Position numbers and translations under genes: made by a program
Notes under the pieces: generated by a model
Seen by the model: only the letters and a program-made list of their open reading frames with translations
What the model was told of the DNA's origin: nothing
The model's database searches: none
In this document: positions 9,134 through 19,011 of the stretch, piece after piece
Layout of the letters: each line of letters starts with the position of its first letter
Position numbering within the stretch: the first letter of the stretch is position 1
NCBI GenBank assembly: GCA_047947115.1
Contig: CP170459.1
Location: 5,536,001 to 5,600,000 of the forward strand
Direction of reading: 5' to 3'
Length of the DNA: 64,000 nt
Origin: Verrucomicrobiota bacterium
GTDB lineage: Bacteria > Verrucomicrobiota > Verrucomicrobiia > Limisphaerales > AAA164-E04

Positions 9134-10465
9134 ATGAGTCGAACAACCATCAATTGCGAAGGCATGACCCGCAGAGACTTCCTTCAAGTCGGACTGGGCG
9201 GAACCCTGGGGCTGGGGATGTGTGACCTGCTGAGAATGCAAGCGGACGCCAAGGCAAACGGAAAGCCCGGATCAGACATACGTTGCATCTTGGTCTGGCT
9301 GGATGGAGGCCCTTCGCACTATGAAACTTTCGATCCCAAACCGGATGCACCTGAGGACATTCGTGGAGAATTCAAAACCATCCCCACCTCAACCCCCGGA
9401 GTTCATTTCAGTGAAGTGGTGCCCAATCTGGCCAAAGTGATGGATAAATCCACCGTCATCCGATCCATTTGTCACAAGGATCCAAACCACGGCGGTGGCA
9501 ATCATTACATGATGACCGGAGCACCTACCCCGGTGCCGGTGGCGTGCGGCGCTTTTGTCACGTTTCATCCGAGCTTCGGTTCAATGGTTTCCTATGACCG
9601 CGGTATTCGAGGAGGATTACCCGCCTACATGAGTCTTCCGCGTGTTTCACGATCGGGCGGCCCGAACTTTTTGGGGGGCCAACACGCCCCGTTTGTCATC
9701 GACGGCGATCCGAACAACAAAAATTTTCGGGTCCGCGATGTCGTGCTGCCAAAGTCCATCAGTGAAGAACGCGCCGAAAACAGACGCGCACTCCGCAAAG
9801 CGCTGGACCGTCTGCAACGCATGCAGGACCCCCTGGCCAACGACCCGACGGTCACTTTCGATCAATTTTACGAACAAGGCGTGGATCTGGTTACCTCCCC
9901 GCAGGCACAAAAGGCTTTCGACATCCACCAGGAACCCGAAGCAGTCAGGGAGAAATACGGCCAGAATGATTTGGGACAACGCCTGCTGATGGCACGACGA
10001 TTGACCGAGGTCGGCGTGTCCTTTGTCACGGTTTATTACGGGGGATGGGACAATCACACCAATTTATTCGAACGATTCAAAGGCTCGTTCATGGGGAAAC
10101 TGGACCAAGGTTTGGCAGCTTTAATCGCCGACCTGCACGAACGTGGATCAGCCGAAAACACCATGGTCATTTGCCTGGGTGAATTTGGTCGCACACCGAA
10201 AGTGAACAAGGACGCAGGTCGTGACCACTGGCCGCACGCCATGTCGGTGATCATGTCCGGAGCGGGCATCCCGGGAGGCCAAATCGTGGGAGCCACCGAT
10301 GCCAAAGGGTTTTATGCCTCGGACAATGTGCATAGCCCGGAAGACTTCGCGGCATCGCTTTACACAAAAATGGGCATCGATCCGCACCAAACTCTCTACC
10401 AAGCCACCGGCCGACCTGTTCGCCTGGTCAACGGTGGAGAACCCATCAAAGAACTATTTGCCTGA
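9134..10465 (+). CDS. DUF1501 domain protein (Tat-exported)
   Basis: TRRDFLQ twin-Arg motif; WLDGGPSHYETFDPKP, GEFGRTPKVN, GRDHWP. Confidence 0.93.
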   Translation: MSRTTINCEGMTRRDFLQVGLGGTLGLGMCDLLRMQADAKANGKPGSDIRCILVWLDGGPSHYETFDPKPDAPEDIRGEFKTIPTSTPGVHFSEVVPNLAKVMDKSTVIRSICHKDPNHGGGNHYMMTGAPTPVPVACGAFVTFHPSFGSMVSYDRGIRGGLPAYMSLPRVSRSGGPNFLGGQHAPFVIDGDPNNKNFRVRDVVLPKSISEERAENRRALRKALDRLQRMQDPLANDPTVTFDQFYEQGVDLVTSPQAQKAFDIHQEPEAVREKYGQNDLGQRLLMARRLTEVGVSFVTVYYGGWDNHTNLFERFKGSFMGKLDQGLAALIADLHERGSAENTMVICLGEFGRTPKVNKDAGRDHWPHAMSVIMSGAGIPGGQIVGATDAKGFYASDNVHSPEDFAASLYTKMGIDPHQTLYQATGRPVRLVNGGEPIKELFA

Positions 10466-10580
10466 GTAGCCGCAGCCGCCAGAAGGTGGTTTCTCGAATG
10501 CCCGAGATGATGTAGGAACACTGTCGCAAGGGTACGGCAGGGTATCACATGTTTGCAAATGCGGCTGCCTGGGGTATTGT

Positions 10581-11072
10581 TCAGTCACTCAGAAAGAAAC
10601 CATCGGACGAACTCTTTCTAGCCCGGTAACGCTGCAGGAAGGAGGAGTTTTTGCCGGAAGGGTTCGTGCTGGAAGAACGCAAGTCGCGCCTCAGTTGACG
10701 TTGATTCTTTTTATTCTCGGCCAAAATGTTGCGTTGATGCTTTTCGATCGCCTTCTGGGACTCCTTGGTTTGGCGCAATAATTCTTCGCGCTTTTCCTCG
10801 GCCTCCTTCAGATTTTTTTTCTGCTGCTTTCGAAGCTCGCGCTCGGCATCACGACGTTCCTTTTCCACTTCCTTCAAGGTTTTCCCGGCAGGCTTTTCAG
10901 ATTGCTGCACGGATTGCGAAGCCTCCTTGACCACCGTTTCCTCCTTACCACGCTTTTTCCAAAACTTCCACCACTGAGCCTCGGCCTGTGGGCAACCCAT
11001 CGCAGTGCCTACCAGAAGGCAGGCGGTCAGCAGTAGGAATCTGCATCGAAAATAGGTAGATTTTGAAAACAT
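10581..11072 (-). CDS. Secreted basic coiled-coil hypothetical protein
   Basis: Signal peptide ending AEA-Q, then WWKFWKK and a K/E/R-rich helix. Confidence 0.65.
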   Translation of the reverse strand: MFSKSTYFRCRFLLLTACLLVGTAMGCPQAEAQWWKFWKKRGKEETVVKEASQSVQQSEKPAGKTLKEVEKERRDAERELRKQQKKNLKEAEEKREELLRQTKESQKAIEKHQRNILAENKKNQRQLRRDLRSSSTNPSGKNSSFLQRYRARKSSSDGFFLSD

Positions 11073-11085
11073 AGGCAGTAAAAAA

Positions 11086-11162
11086 TGGTGGGCCCAGAGG
11101 GACTTGAACCCCCGACCCAGCGATTATGAGTCGCTTGCTCTAACCAACTGAGCTATGGGCCC
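11086..11162 (-). tRNA. tRNA with CAT anticodon, most likely tRNA-Ile2 (lysidine type)
   Basis: Reverse complement GGGCCCATAGCTCAGTTGGTTAGAGCAAGCGACTCATAATCGCTGGGTCGGGGGTTCAAGTCCCTCTGGGCCCACCA: cloverleaf, encoded CCA, anticodon arm resembling E. coli tRNA-Ile2. Confidence 0.93.
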
Positions 11163-11376
11163 TAACTGTTGAGTATATTAATGTTACAACCAAGAGAACG
11201 CAGTACAAACCATCCCTTATCACCCTAAATCTGATATGGGTTATTTGCTTCAACCCACCAGAAGCATTTAGGATCGCTCAATCAGTATCCTCTCAACTTC
11301 CGAGGTGAGGTGACAACCGTTGCAACACCCGCATCATATTCATGTGACTGATTGCGGCAAGCATTAATCCTTGCCG

Positions 11377-11540
11377 TCACCATTTTGAGGAGACCTTTCC
11401 GTAGTAATAGTTCAATATATTCTCAAGACAGCCTCCAAGGGCCTCTTGATCTTCCGGATTCTGGTTTTCAAATTCGGGCTGGATGATTTTGTTGGGGAGC
11501 ACTTGGAGTGAACGCTCCTGGTCATAATACAGTTTCAATT
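11377..11540 (-). pseudogene. Remnant of the C-terminus of an integrase-core (rve) transposase
   Basis: YYDQERSLQVLPNKIIQPEF...LGGCLENILNYYY resembles the YxxERxHQGLxNxII...LGGLLxYY tail of these transposases. The rest of the gene is absent. Confidence 0.5.
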
Positions 11541-11548
11541 TATACCAA

Positions 11549-14424
11549 TCATTGCGGACGAAACGGAGCTTCATTTGTAGGTTCTTCCTTCGCTGTCTTA
11601 GCGCGTCGTTCGGCGTCCTCTTTCATCCAGCGAAGCATGAGTTCGGGGGCATCCATACGCGGGTAATCGTGGAGTGCTTGCCAGTTGAATTCCTTGTCTA
11701 AAGGATCATAAGCCTTTAAGGGATCAAATATTTGTGGATGAACGTCAACAGCTTCATAAGCACTGAAATCTGGATCAGCTGTGAACATGTCCGACAGGTC
11801 GCTTGCCATCGCATCATACATGTTTATGGCCGGCATGCCGTGAATCAGATTGATGGTTTTAATAATAGACGGGATGGAGGTGTGGATATGTGAAACATGT
11901 CCGCGTCGTGCATATGGGCTGATGACCAGGCAAAGGCTGCGATGATGATCCACGTGATCTCTGCCATTTTGCGCGTCGTCTTCGGTAACGAAAATAGCCA
12001 TTTCCTTCCAGTAAGGTGTATGGCTGAGCAACTCAACCACCCGTCCCAGTGCAAGATCATTATCTGCCATATAAGATGCAAAGTAGGGATAGCCTTCCTC
12101 CGGACGTTCGGTAGCACCGTGGTCGTTTGGCAATGACATGGTAATGATACTGGGAAAAGGCTCCGCGCCGGACAGCCACTTTTCCTTTAAATCCAATTCA
12201 AACATATCAACGCGAAACTGATCGGGTATGTTTGTGTTGTAGGTCGCAAATCGTCGCGATGTATGTTCGAAGAGAGGGGCGGGAATCGGATAGTTCACAC
12301 CGATCTTCACGCCCGTCAGCGCAAATTCCTCTCCCCCTCTTCCGCCACTCCGGGCATCTCAAATCCGAGTCCAAAATTAAAGAAAGGAATTTCGTGACGT
12401 GCGAAATGATCCCAGAGGCTCCCCACCTGCATGTAGTCCTCCGGCAGTAACCCGGCTGAGGCCCCGGTCACCGCCAGTCTGCCGGGTGCGGACGAATCAT
12501 ACATGTAGCGTCTACGATTTCCATAAGATGCCGAGGTGCTTGTCTCACAGAACACCCCGGGATAGACCCCTTGCAACCAACGATGTCCATCAGCTGAATG
12601 ATCCGAATCACAATAAAAATTGTCCGAACTGGCAAATCGGCGCGCCAGTATCTGGTGGTTGGGCATGACGTTGACATTCTCAAGCACATCGTCAGGGCGC
12701 AGATTGGAGCGAACCGTCGCATTTACCCCGAAATCAGCCAAACTAGTTTCCGCCCGGGCATTTGGTAGTTCACCATAAATCTGGTCAAAGGTTCGATTCT
12801 CCTTAGCGATGAATACCGTGTATTTGATGGGAGAAGGATAAGCGCCTCGATAAGGTGGCACCGGATTGCGTTCTTTTGTTTCCCATGGTCTGCGAACACC
12901 CAGGTGCACGTTGTTTTCAATGACTTGCGCTGTCTCAGCTGGTAGCTGGGAATCCGTGGGGATGGGGAGGATGGATATCGTTCCCCGCATCAAGTTTCCC
13001 ATTCCGGAGCGTCCATCGAGGTCAACACCCGGCCCGCCATTTGGACCGGCCCCAAAACCCTTGGCATTGGCGACAATGAGCTGCTGTCCGTCTGGTGAAA
13101 CCGCCACTTTGCTGGGAAACCAACCAACGGGAATGTGACCAACCACCTCGAGGCTTTGGGTATCAATCACTCCGACGGCGTTGATGCCTGACTCCGCCAC
13201 GTATAATCTGTCCTTGTCTGGAGCCAGAGCCAAGCCAAATGGAATCACCCCTCGATAAACGTCCAACGGTTCGGGTAATCTCAAAGTGATTTCTTTCACT
13301 ACTTGATTCAGTGTGGTATCAATCACTGAAATGGAATCATTGTTTCCATTGGATACAAAAACGTGTCGACCGTCGCAGATTGTGGAATTAGGCGCCGCAC
13401 CGCCTATCGCAGGAATCCCTTCCACCATTTCACCAACTTGGATGCCGGTCTTAATTCGTGCAGTGATGCTTGCGTCATGTGGATCGGTAATGTCAATCGC
13501 ATAAACGGAAACCGATTCCTCCACGTTAGGATCCCCCAAGCCAGGCACGACCTTTCCTTCCGCCGTGGTTCCTTCTCTCATCTCTGGTGAATCATAGCCA
13601 AATGGAGGAAAACTGAGACCGGTCGTCATGAATTGCTTGGGATCAAATCCTTCAACTGTGCTGTATTCAAACATGCCGATGTTTGCGACATACAGTCTTG
13701 AACCATCCGGTGTGCAGGAGATCCCAAACGGGTATCGGCCGACTGAAATGACATCGATCACCTCCATGCTCGACGTGTCCAGACATATCACACGAAAATT
13801 CATTTGATCCACCACGTAAAGATGTTTTCCGTCGGGCGTCAGGGTCATGTCCCCCAAGTAGCTGTCCCGCCATTTTCGGCCTTCGAAATCGATATTCAAA
13901 TCAATCGTGCGTAAACGTTCTCGCCTTTCGTAATCCCAGACCATGACCGTACCGTCATCCCCTCCGGATGCGAAAAAAATCCTGGATGATGGGGCCTGTG
14001 GAATGGCCACCCCCATAAAGCAGGCATTTAGAACACCCTCATCTGTTTTCACGCCTTCAGGAATGGATGTGAACGAACGATCCTTCTGAAGTGGATTGGT
14101 GAGAATGGAAAAGGAAAACGGTTCAGTTCCACTGTTGACGGTAATGAGCACCCGAGCATCCGCTGCGAGCGCCAATCCGTAAGGATGTGGTTCGACCAGC
14201 ACCTGTGAACCGCGTGGGGTCAGAACACGTCCGTTTGGAATGACGGTCGTTCCTGTCGGAAAGATTTCACAATACCGCGTGCCTGCGGGAGCGGTCATGA
14301 CAAGTTTTGAGGCATTTTCTGTGTATGTCGCACCTCGGATGTGGCATAGACCCATTTTTACAAGGGCAATCAACGCGATAAATCGCAACCAAGGTGCGGG
14401 CCAATTATTCAAATATCTAAACAT
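11549..14424 (-). CDS. Bifunctional YncE/YVTN beta-propeller + phosphoesterase protein, split by a single-base frameshift near 12335
   Basis: ORF 12316-14424 has YVTN repeats, GHIPVGWFP and PIKYTVFIAKENRTFDQ. ORF 11549-12310 has SLPNDH, ADNDLALG and EDDAQNGRDHVD. One extra G in the G5 run (C5 at 12333-12337) joins them as EEGGEEFALTGVKIG. Confidence 0.85.
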
Positions 14425-14468
14425 AAGATTCTATCAGGTTTCCATCACTCAACGACGTGCCTGAATGG

Positions 14469-15332
14469 TCAATCGTTGGAAATTGATGATATGGGTTTCA
14501 GCCCCGATTCATAACAAGCATCCAATTGGATCCCATCGACGCCATAGGCCAGCATGGATTTGATATCTTGCAGGCCTCTTGAAACAGGATCTCCTTCTCT
14601 GTAATGACCTGTGTTGATGCTGACAATGACTGACAATCCCATCTTCTGAAAACCTTTGACTTCCTGATCATCAAAATCTGCTCCATGATTGAAGACATAA
14701 TAATCCAAGGCCAGGTCCGAAGGAACCTTCTGCTCAGCCCAGGTTTGTTCCAAAGATTTTCGCCATGATATTTTTGCTTTGTGCAAGAATCGCCTGGCTA
14801 TCTTCTCCTGATTGTTAACAGGGGTTTTGTTGATCAGAATGAGACTGTTTTTTAATAGATGATATTTTTTCAAAGTACTTTCGATTTCGGACGCATAGGC
14901 ATCAATCTGTGCATCAGCACAACCTTTGAGATCTACCATCAGATCGATTCTCCCTTCGCATTTGCTGCAGAATTCCTCGAAAGTAGGTATGTGTTCCCCT
15001 GTATGCAATAGTTTTACTTTTTGAATCTGGTCCAGATTCATTTCTGAAATCCTTCCCATTACACCCGTTTGTTCAAACAGTTCGTCGTGATGAAAACAAA
15101 CAACACGGGAGTCCTTAGTGATTCTGGCATCGATTTCGACGTGGGAATACCCACGTCGAATAGCTTCTTCCAATGCCGAAAAACTGTTTTCAGGCAAGGT
15201 TTCGGTCACAAATCCTCCTCGATGGGCAATCTTCATGAGCGAAGGCGCTTCCGCTCCTTTTACGTGAATTGAACCGCCTGTCAGGATGCAGAGACAAATG
15301 AATATTGTATGTAGGATTTTAAATGAATTCAT
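14469..15332 (-). CDS. Secreted glycerophosphodiester phosphodiesterase (GDPD)
   Basis: IAHRGG, PENS, VEIDARITKD, CFHH, IPTFEE, GVDGIQLD; signal peptide. Confidence 0.9.
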   Translation of the reverse strand: MNSFKILHTIFICLCILTGGSIHVKGAEAPSLMKIAHRGGFVTETLPENSFSALEEAIRRGYSHVEIDARITKDSRVVCFHHDELFEQTGVMGRISEMNLDQIQKVKLLHTGEHIPTFEEFCSKCEGRIDLMVDLKGCADAQIDAYASEIESTLKKYHLLKNSLILINKTPVNNQEKIARRFLHKAKISWRKSLEQTWAEQKVPSDLALDYYVFNHGADFDDQEVKGFQKMGLSVIVSINTGHYREGDPVSRGLQDIKSMLAYGVDGIQLDACYESGLKPISSISND

Positions 15333-15623
15333 ACAGGTGCCAACCGATCAAATGCCATTTGTCCTTTGATTGTCCAGAAACAATTGCGGCTGTCCTGTTA
15401 CGATTTAACGACTTAATTGAAGATCCAAATTAAGATCCTTGTGGAGGATTTCTTAAAAGGTGCCGCATATGCCTTTGGACATACATCCGGTCATCCCTAT
15501 TTGAATATGGCATGGAATTCCGGATGGTTGCAAAAACTCCACCAAACTGTATTGGACATGTTTCCGAATGATACCAACAACTGTTACTTTGGACCTATTG
15601 CATTCCAGGCGTTGATCTGAACT

Positions 15624-17680
15624 ATGAAACTGATAAAACAAATGACTCTTGGTATGTCGCTTTTGCTGGCGCTCAGCGCCAATGCGGCAACGAACAATTC
15701 CGGGAATGCCCCAGCCTTTATCACCATTGACATCTGTTCCAATGGGATCGGTGATGGCGATGGAAATTTTGACGCACCGCGTATGGAACCGGAGGTGTTC
15801 GATATCGGATTGGATTTTGGAGCGGATGGAAGTGTGGACCGTTGGTTGTCCAATGAATCCGCCACCTACATGGGCCGAGGAAACAGTGATGTCATCCAAC
15901 CAGGTTCCTGGATTCGTCTGTATTTTTTTCAACTCGATGAGTTTACCGGGCAAAATGTGCAGGTCCATCTTGTTGATCGAAGTCAGGATTACTACATGGC
16001 CATCAATTCCATTCGTGTGAGCGGCGCCGATGGAAAGGTCATCTCCAATCCTCTCAAAAATGGATTCTTTGAAGATGGATTGACTGGCTGGAACGTCGTT
16101 GAATCATCGATTCAAAACCATGATACGCTGATTCATAAAGATACTGACGCGACATTCGTAAACTATAGTGGATCCTTTCTGTCCACGATGAGCAATCCTG
16201 ATTCCGGCGATTTCAGTGAAACAGCAGTCTTGGTTTCGGAGCCATTTCAACTTGCGCCAGTGACCAGTTTTATCTACGGCATGGTATCCGGTGGAGGCTC
16301 TGAGTTTGTCAACCTGCCGGGCGCCTTGGGCTCTGATAACAAATCAGGAGTCTATATTGATCTGGGCAGCGAAACTGAAGATCCGAATGGGCAGTATGAT
16401 GAAGGCGTCGATATTCCCCTGGTAGGTTTTTGGGGGGAGCCGCAGGAGGCGGTCGAAATGATTTTGCTTCCGTGTTCTTCAACACTTCGGGTAAAGAAGG
16501 ACTCAGGGCACAGGTGGTTGGGTTTGATGATTCCCTGGAATACCACATTTCCCTCGACGCATTCCGGATGAATTGGGACTGGGAAGAATCCATTATTGTC
16601 AATGGCGGATTCGATCAGGGCATTCCTACGCCAGAGAGTGATCCTTCCGCATTTGATTGGTTTGATGAAGTTGGGGATTTTCTCATGCCGAGTGATCACC
16701 CATCCGGATCCGTTCCCGGTTGGCAGATTAAAGGAGACACTTTCTTCTTTGATGCAAACGCCCGTAAAGATCACATGAGCGGGCGCACGTTTCTCGGAAC
16801 TGGTGGATTCGATTTGTTCAATACAGGTGCAGAAATTCGTTCTGATGTTTTCGTCATTCAAAACATCCCCGATGCGGCGACCAATGTGTTTGTTCAATTT
16901 GCTTCTGCTCAGGGAACAGACCGAATTCGTTACTCAAGTGAAGGAGCAGTGGCGTTTGCTCGCGTGGAACTTATCGTTGATGTGGATGGAAATGGCGAAT
17001 TTGGAGATGCTGCCGATTTCCGATATCTTCAAAGAAATCAAGGCATGGCTCCCAGCCAAAGCAATAGTGGTCGTGATCTATGGCATCACCCGGAATACCG
17101 TTGGTACATCAAAGAGGAGCACCAGGGAATGAGTGCCATATTCAGAGCCGAAGACAATTTTGGTCCCTTCAAAGCAAGCTGGGGATGGATGTGCATCGAT
17201 GATTTGTTTGTTTGGAATGGTCAATCGGCTGAATTGGCATTCCCGAACAGCGATTTCGAACAAGGGACATTGGACAACTGGAATGCTCAAATTTCCGGAG
17301 GTACCGGATTTGAAAGTTGGTTGTCAGGTTCGAAAAAATCCATTGAGGCCGGATTGGTGACACATAGCGTCATGAACAATCGAGTGGTGGAGATTGATGG
17401 TGATTTCGCCGCCGATACCGCTGCTCGCGAAACCGGAGGTGGAGATAGCGGCTTGGGAGTTTTAAGTTCCATACCATTTTCACTGCCCTCTCTTGCTCAA
17501 GGTGGTGGAGCTGCTTCCATCAAACTGACCGGCAACAATCAGGAAGTGGTCTTGGAATGGGAATCCGGGACATTGCACAGCGCTGAATCCGTTTCTGGCC
17601 CGTACAATGAAGTGACCGGCGCAACCAGTCCTCACCAAATAAGCCCATCGGGTACTGAGAAGTTTTTTATTGTCCGTTAG
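15624..17680 (+). CDS. Secreted beta-sandwich protein with conserved C-terminal domain, split by a single-base frameshift near 16435
   Basis: Signal peptide (ANA-A) and repeated NGxFE/NSDFE motifs. ORFs 15624-16571 and 16430-17680 join as VGFWGGAAGGGRNDF if G6 (16432-16437) is G7. Ends VSGPYNEVTGATSP...KFFIVR. Confidence 0.8.
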
Positions 17681-17719
17681 GACGGTTCTCTTTCGTTCGC
17701 ACAAGAATGATAATGGAAC

Positions 17720-17781
17720 GTGCAGACGCCGCAGTAGCAGAAAATTACCGTGTGGCACTGAGGCGTCTGCACACTTTATTT
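17720..17781 (+). terminator. Probable terminator hairpin
   Basis: Perfect 11-bp inverted repeat gtgcagacgcc (17720-17730) / ggcgtctgcac (17762-17772), followed by a T-rich tract. Confidence 0.5.
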
Positions 17782-18456
17782 ATCCCAGCACAAAAAATGT
17801 AATTCGCGAGAATGTCCGTCGACGGGGCAAAATTCAGGATCTTTTCAATAATGTTGCCGGAATTACCAAGGATAAATGCGGCGGACACGGCTACGAATCT
17901 TTTGGAATATTCCAACTTGGAAACCGGGCGGGGCAAGGTAAAAACCCGCTGACCACTGCCGGCATGTAATCACAGGAGCTTCTCGTCCTTGATGAGGACG
18001 ATTCTGGCAAAAAAAATTGCCCTGACGGGACCAACAACCACGGTTCAGCAGGGTGGAATCGGGGCTATGCGGATATGCACGCTGAATGGATTACATGTCG
18101 TCAAACCGCTCATGCAATTACGAACGCTTGGATGCCTACCGGCAGGGACTGTGACTGCGATGAAAAAGCTTATACCAGCATTTGTGGGCCAGCTGTTCAT
18201 CCCACCCGTTTGTGTCATGTCCGTTGGCCGCATTCACCTTGAATTTAGGGAGAAGTAGTTTGGCGGCAGCCCGTTTTGTAATTCACAAGTGATCTATTTT
18301 CCTTTTATGGACTTCTCGAGATCCTTGATTCGTCCAGAAAGGGTCTGCAATTTACGCTTCATCAAAAGTCCGTCGGCAAACATGCCGCAAATAAGAATGA
18401 TGGCTATAAGGCCTGTGTTTTCCATTTTGCTCGTTTAAAAGGTTGTGCAATATTTC

Positions 18457-18738
18457 TCACTTCCCAGTTTCATCTTTGCTGTTGTTCACCCAAGCTATCG
18501 AACTGGTGAGAATGAGTCCCAGACCTACCCATGAAAGCCTGTCCCTCAGGAACTTTATTAGGTCCTGGCGATCTCCGTCAATTTGTGAGTATGATCCATG
18601 CATGTCGCGGGTCAGATAGACTCTGGACATGGGTGTCGCTGCCCAGTATAGGGCAATGCCTCCCAGCAGAAGGGCCACCCCCGTCCATGCGAGAATTCGA
18701 ATCCTTTTTGAATGATACGTCGAATAATATGAGCTCAT
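18457..18738 (-). CDS. Small two-TM hypothetical membrane protein
   Basis: Two hydrophobic segments (ILAWTGVALLLGGIALYWAA; WVGLGLILTSSIAWV). Start uncertain. Confidence 0.55.
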   Translation of the reverse strand: MSSYYSTYHSKRIRILAWTGVALLLGGIALYWAATPMSRVYLTRDMHGSYSQIDGDRQDLIKFLRDRLSWVGLGLILTSSIAWVNNSKDETGK

Positions 18739-19011
18739 GATTGCGGATGAAGAACTGGTCAACCAGTTCCAATGACAATTGGCACACATCTTAATGTAGG
18801 TCCATTCACAGCATGCTAAAGTTTGTAATCGTCACAAATTTTTGGATTGTATCAGGGAGCCAACAAGACCGCTTCGAATAAGTGACGAGGACGTAACAAT
18901 TCCCGATCTAGTCGATTCATCATTGCGCCTTTGCTTACCCTCATGCGAACTTGCCACTCGTTGCTACTCCTGGCGACTTTCCAACTCTAATCCTGAAAAT
19001 AAATTGTACGA

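Noticed and set aside
11086..11162. Initiator or elongator tRNA-Met
   Set aside because: It has a paired G1-C72 and lacks the three G-C anticodon-stem pairs of initiators. Overall it resembles Ile2, though elongator Met is not fully excluded without a covariance model.
17782..18450. Gene or pseudogene in this gap
   Set aside because: Manual translation of several frames gave multiple stops and no recognisable family.
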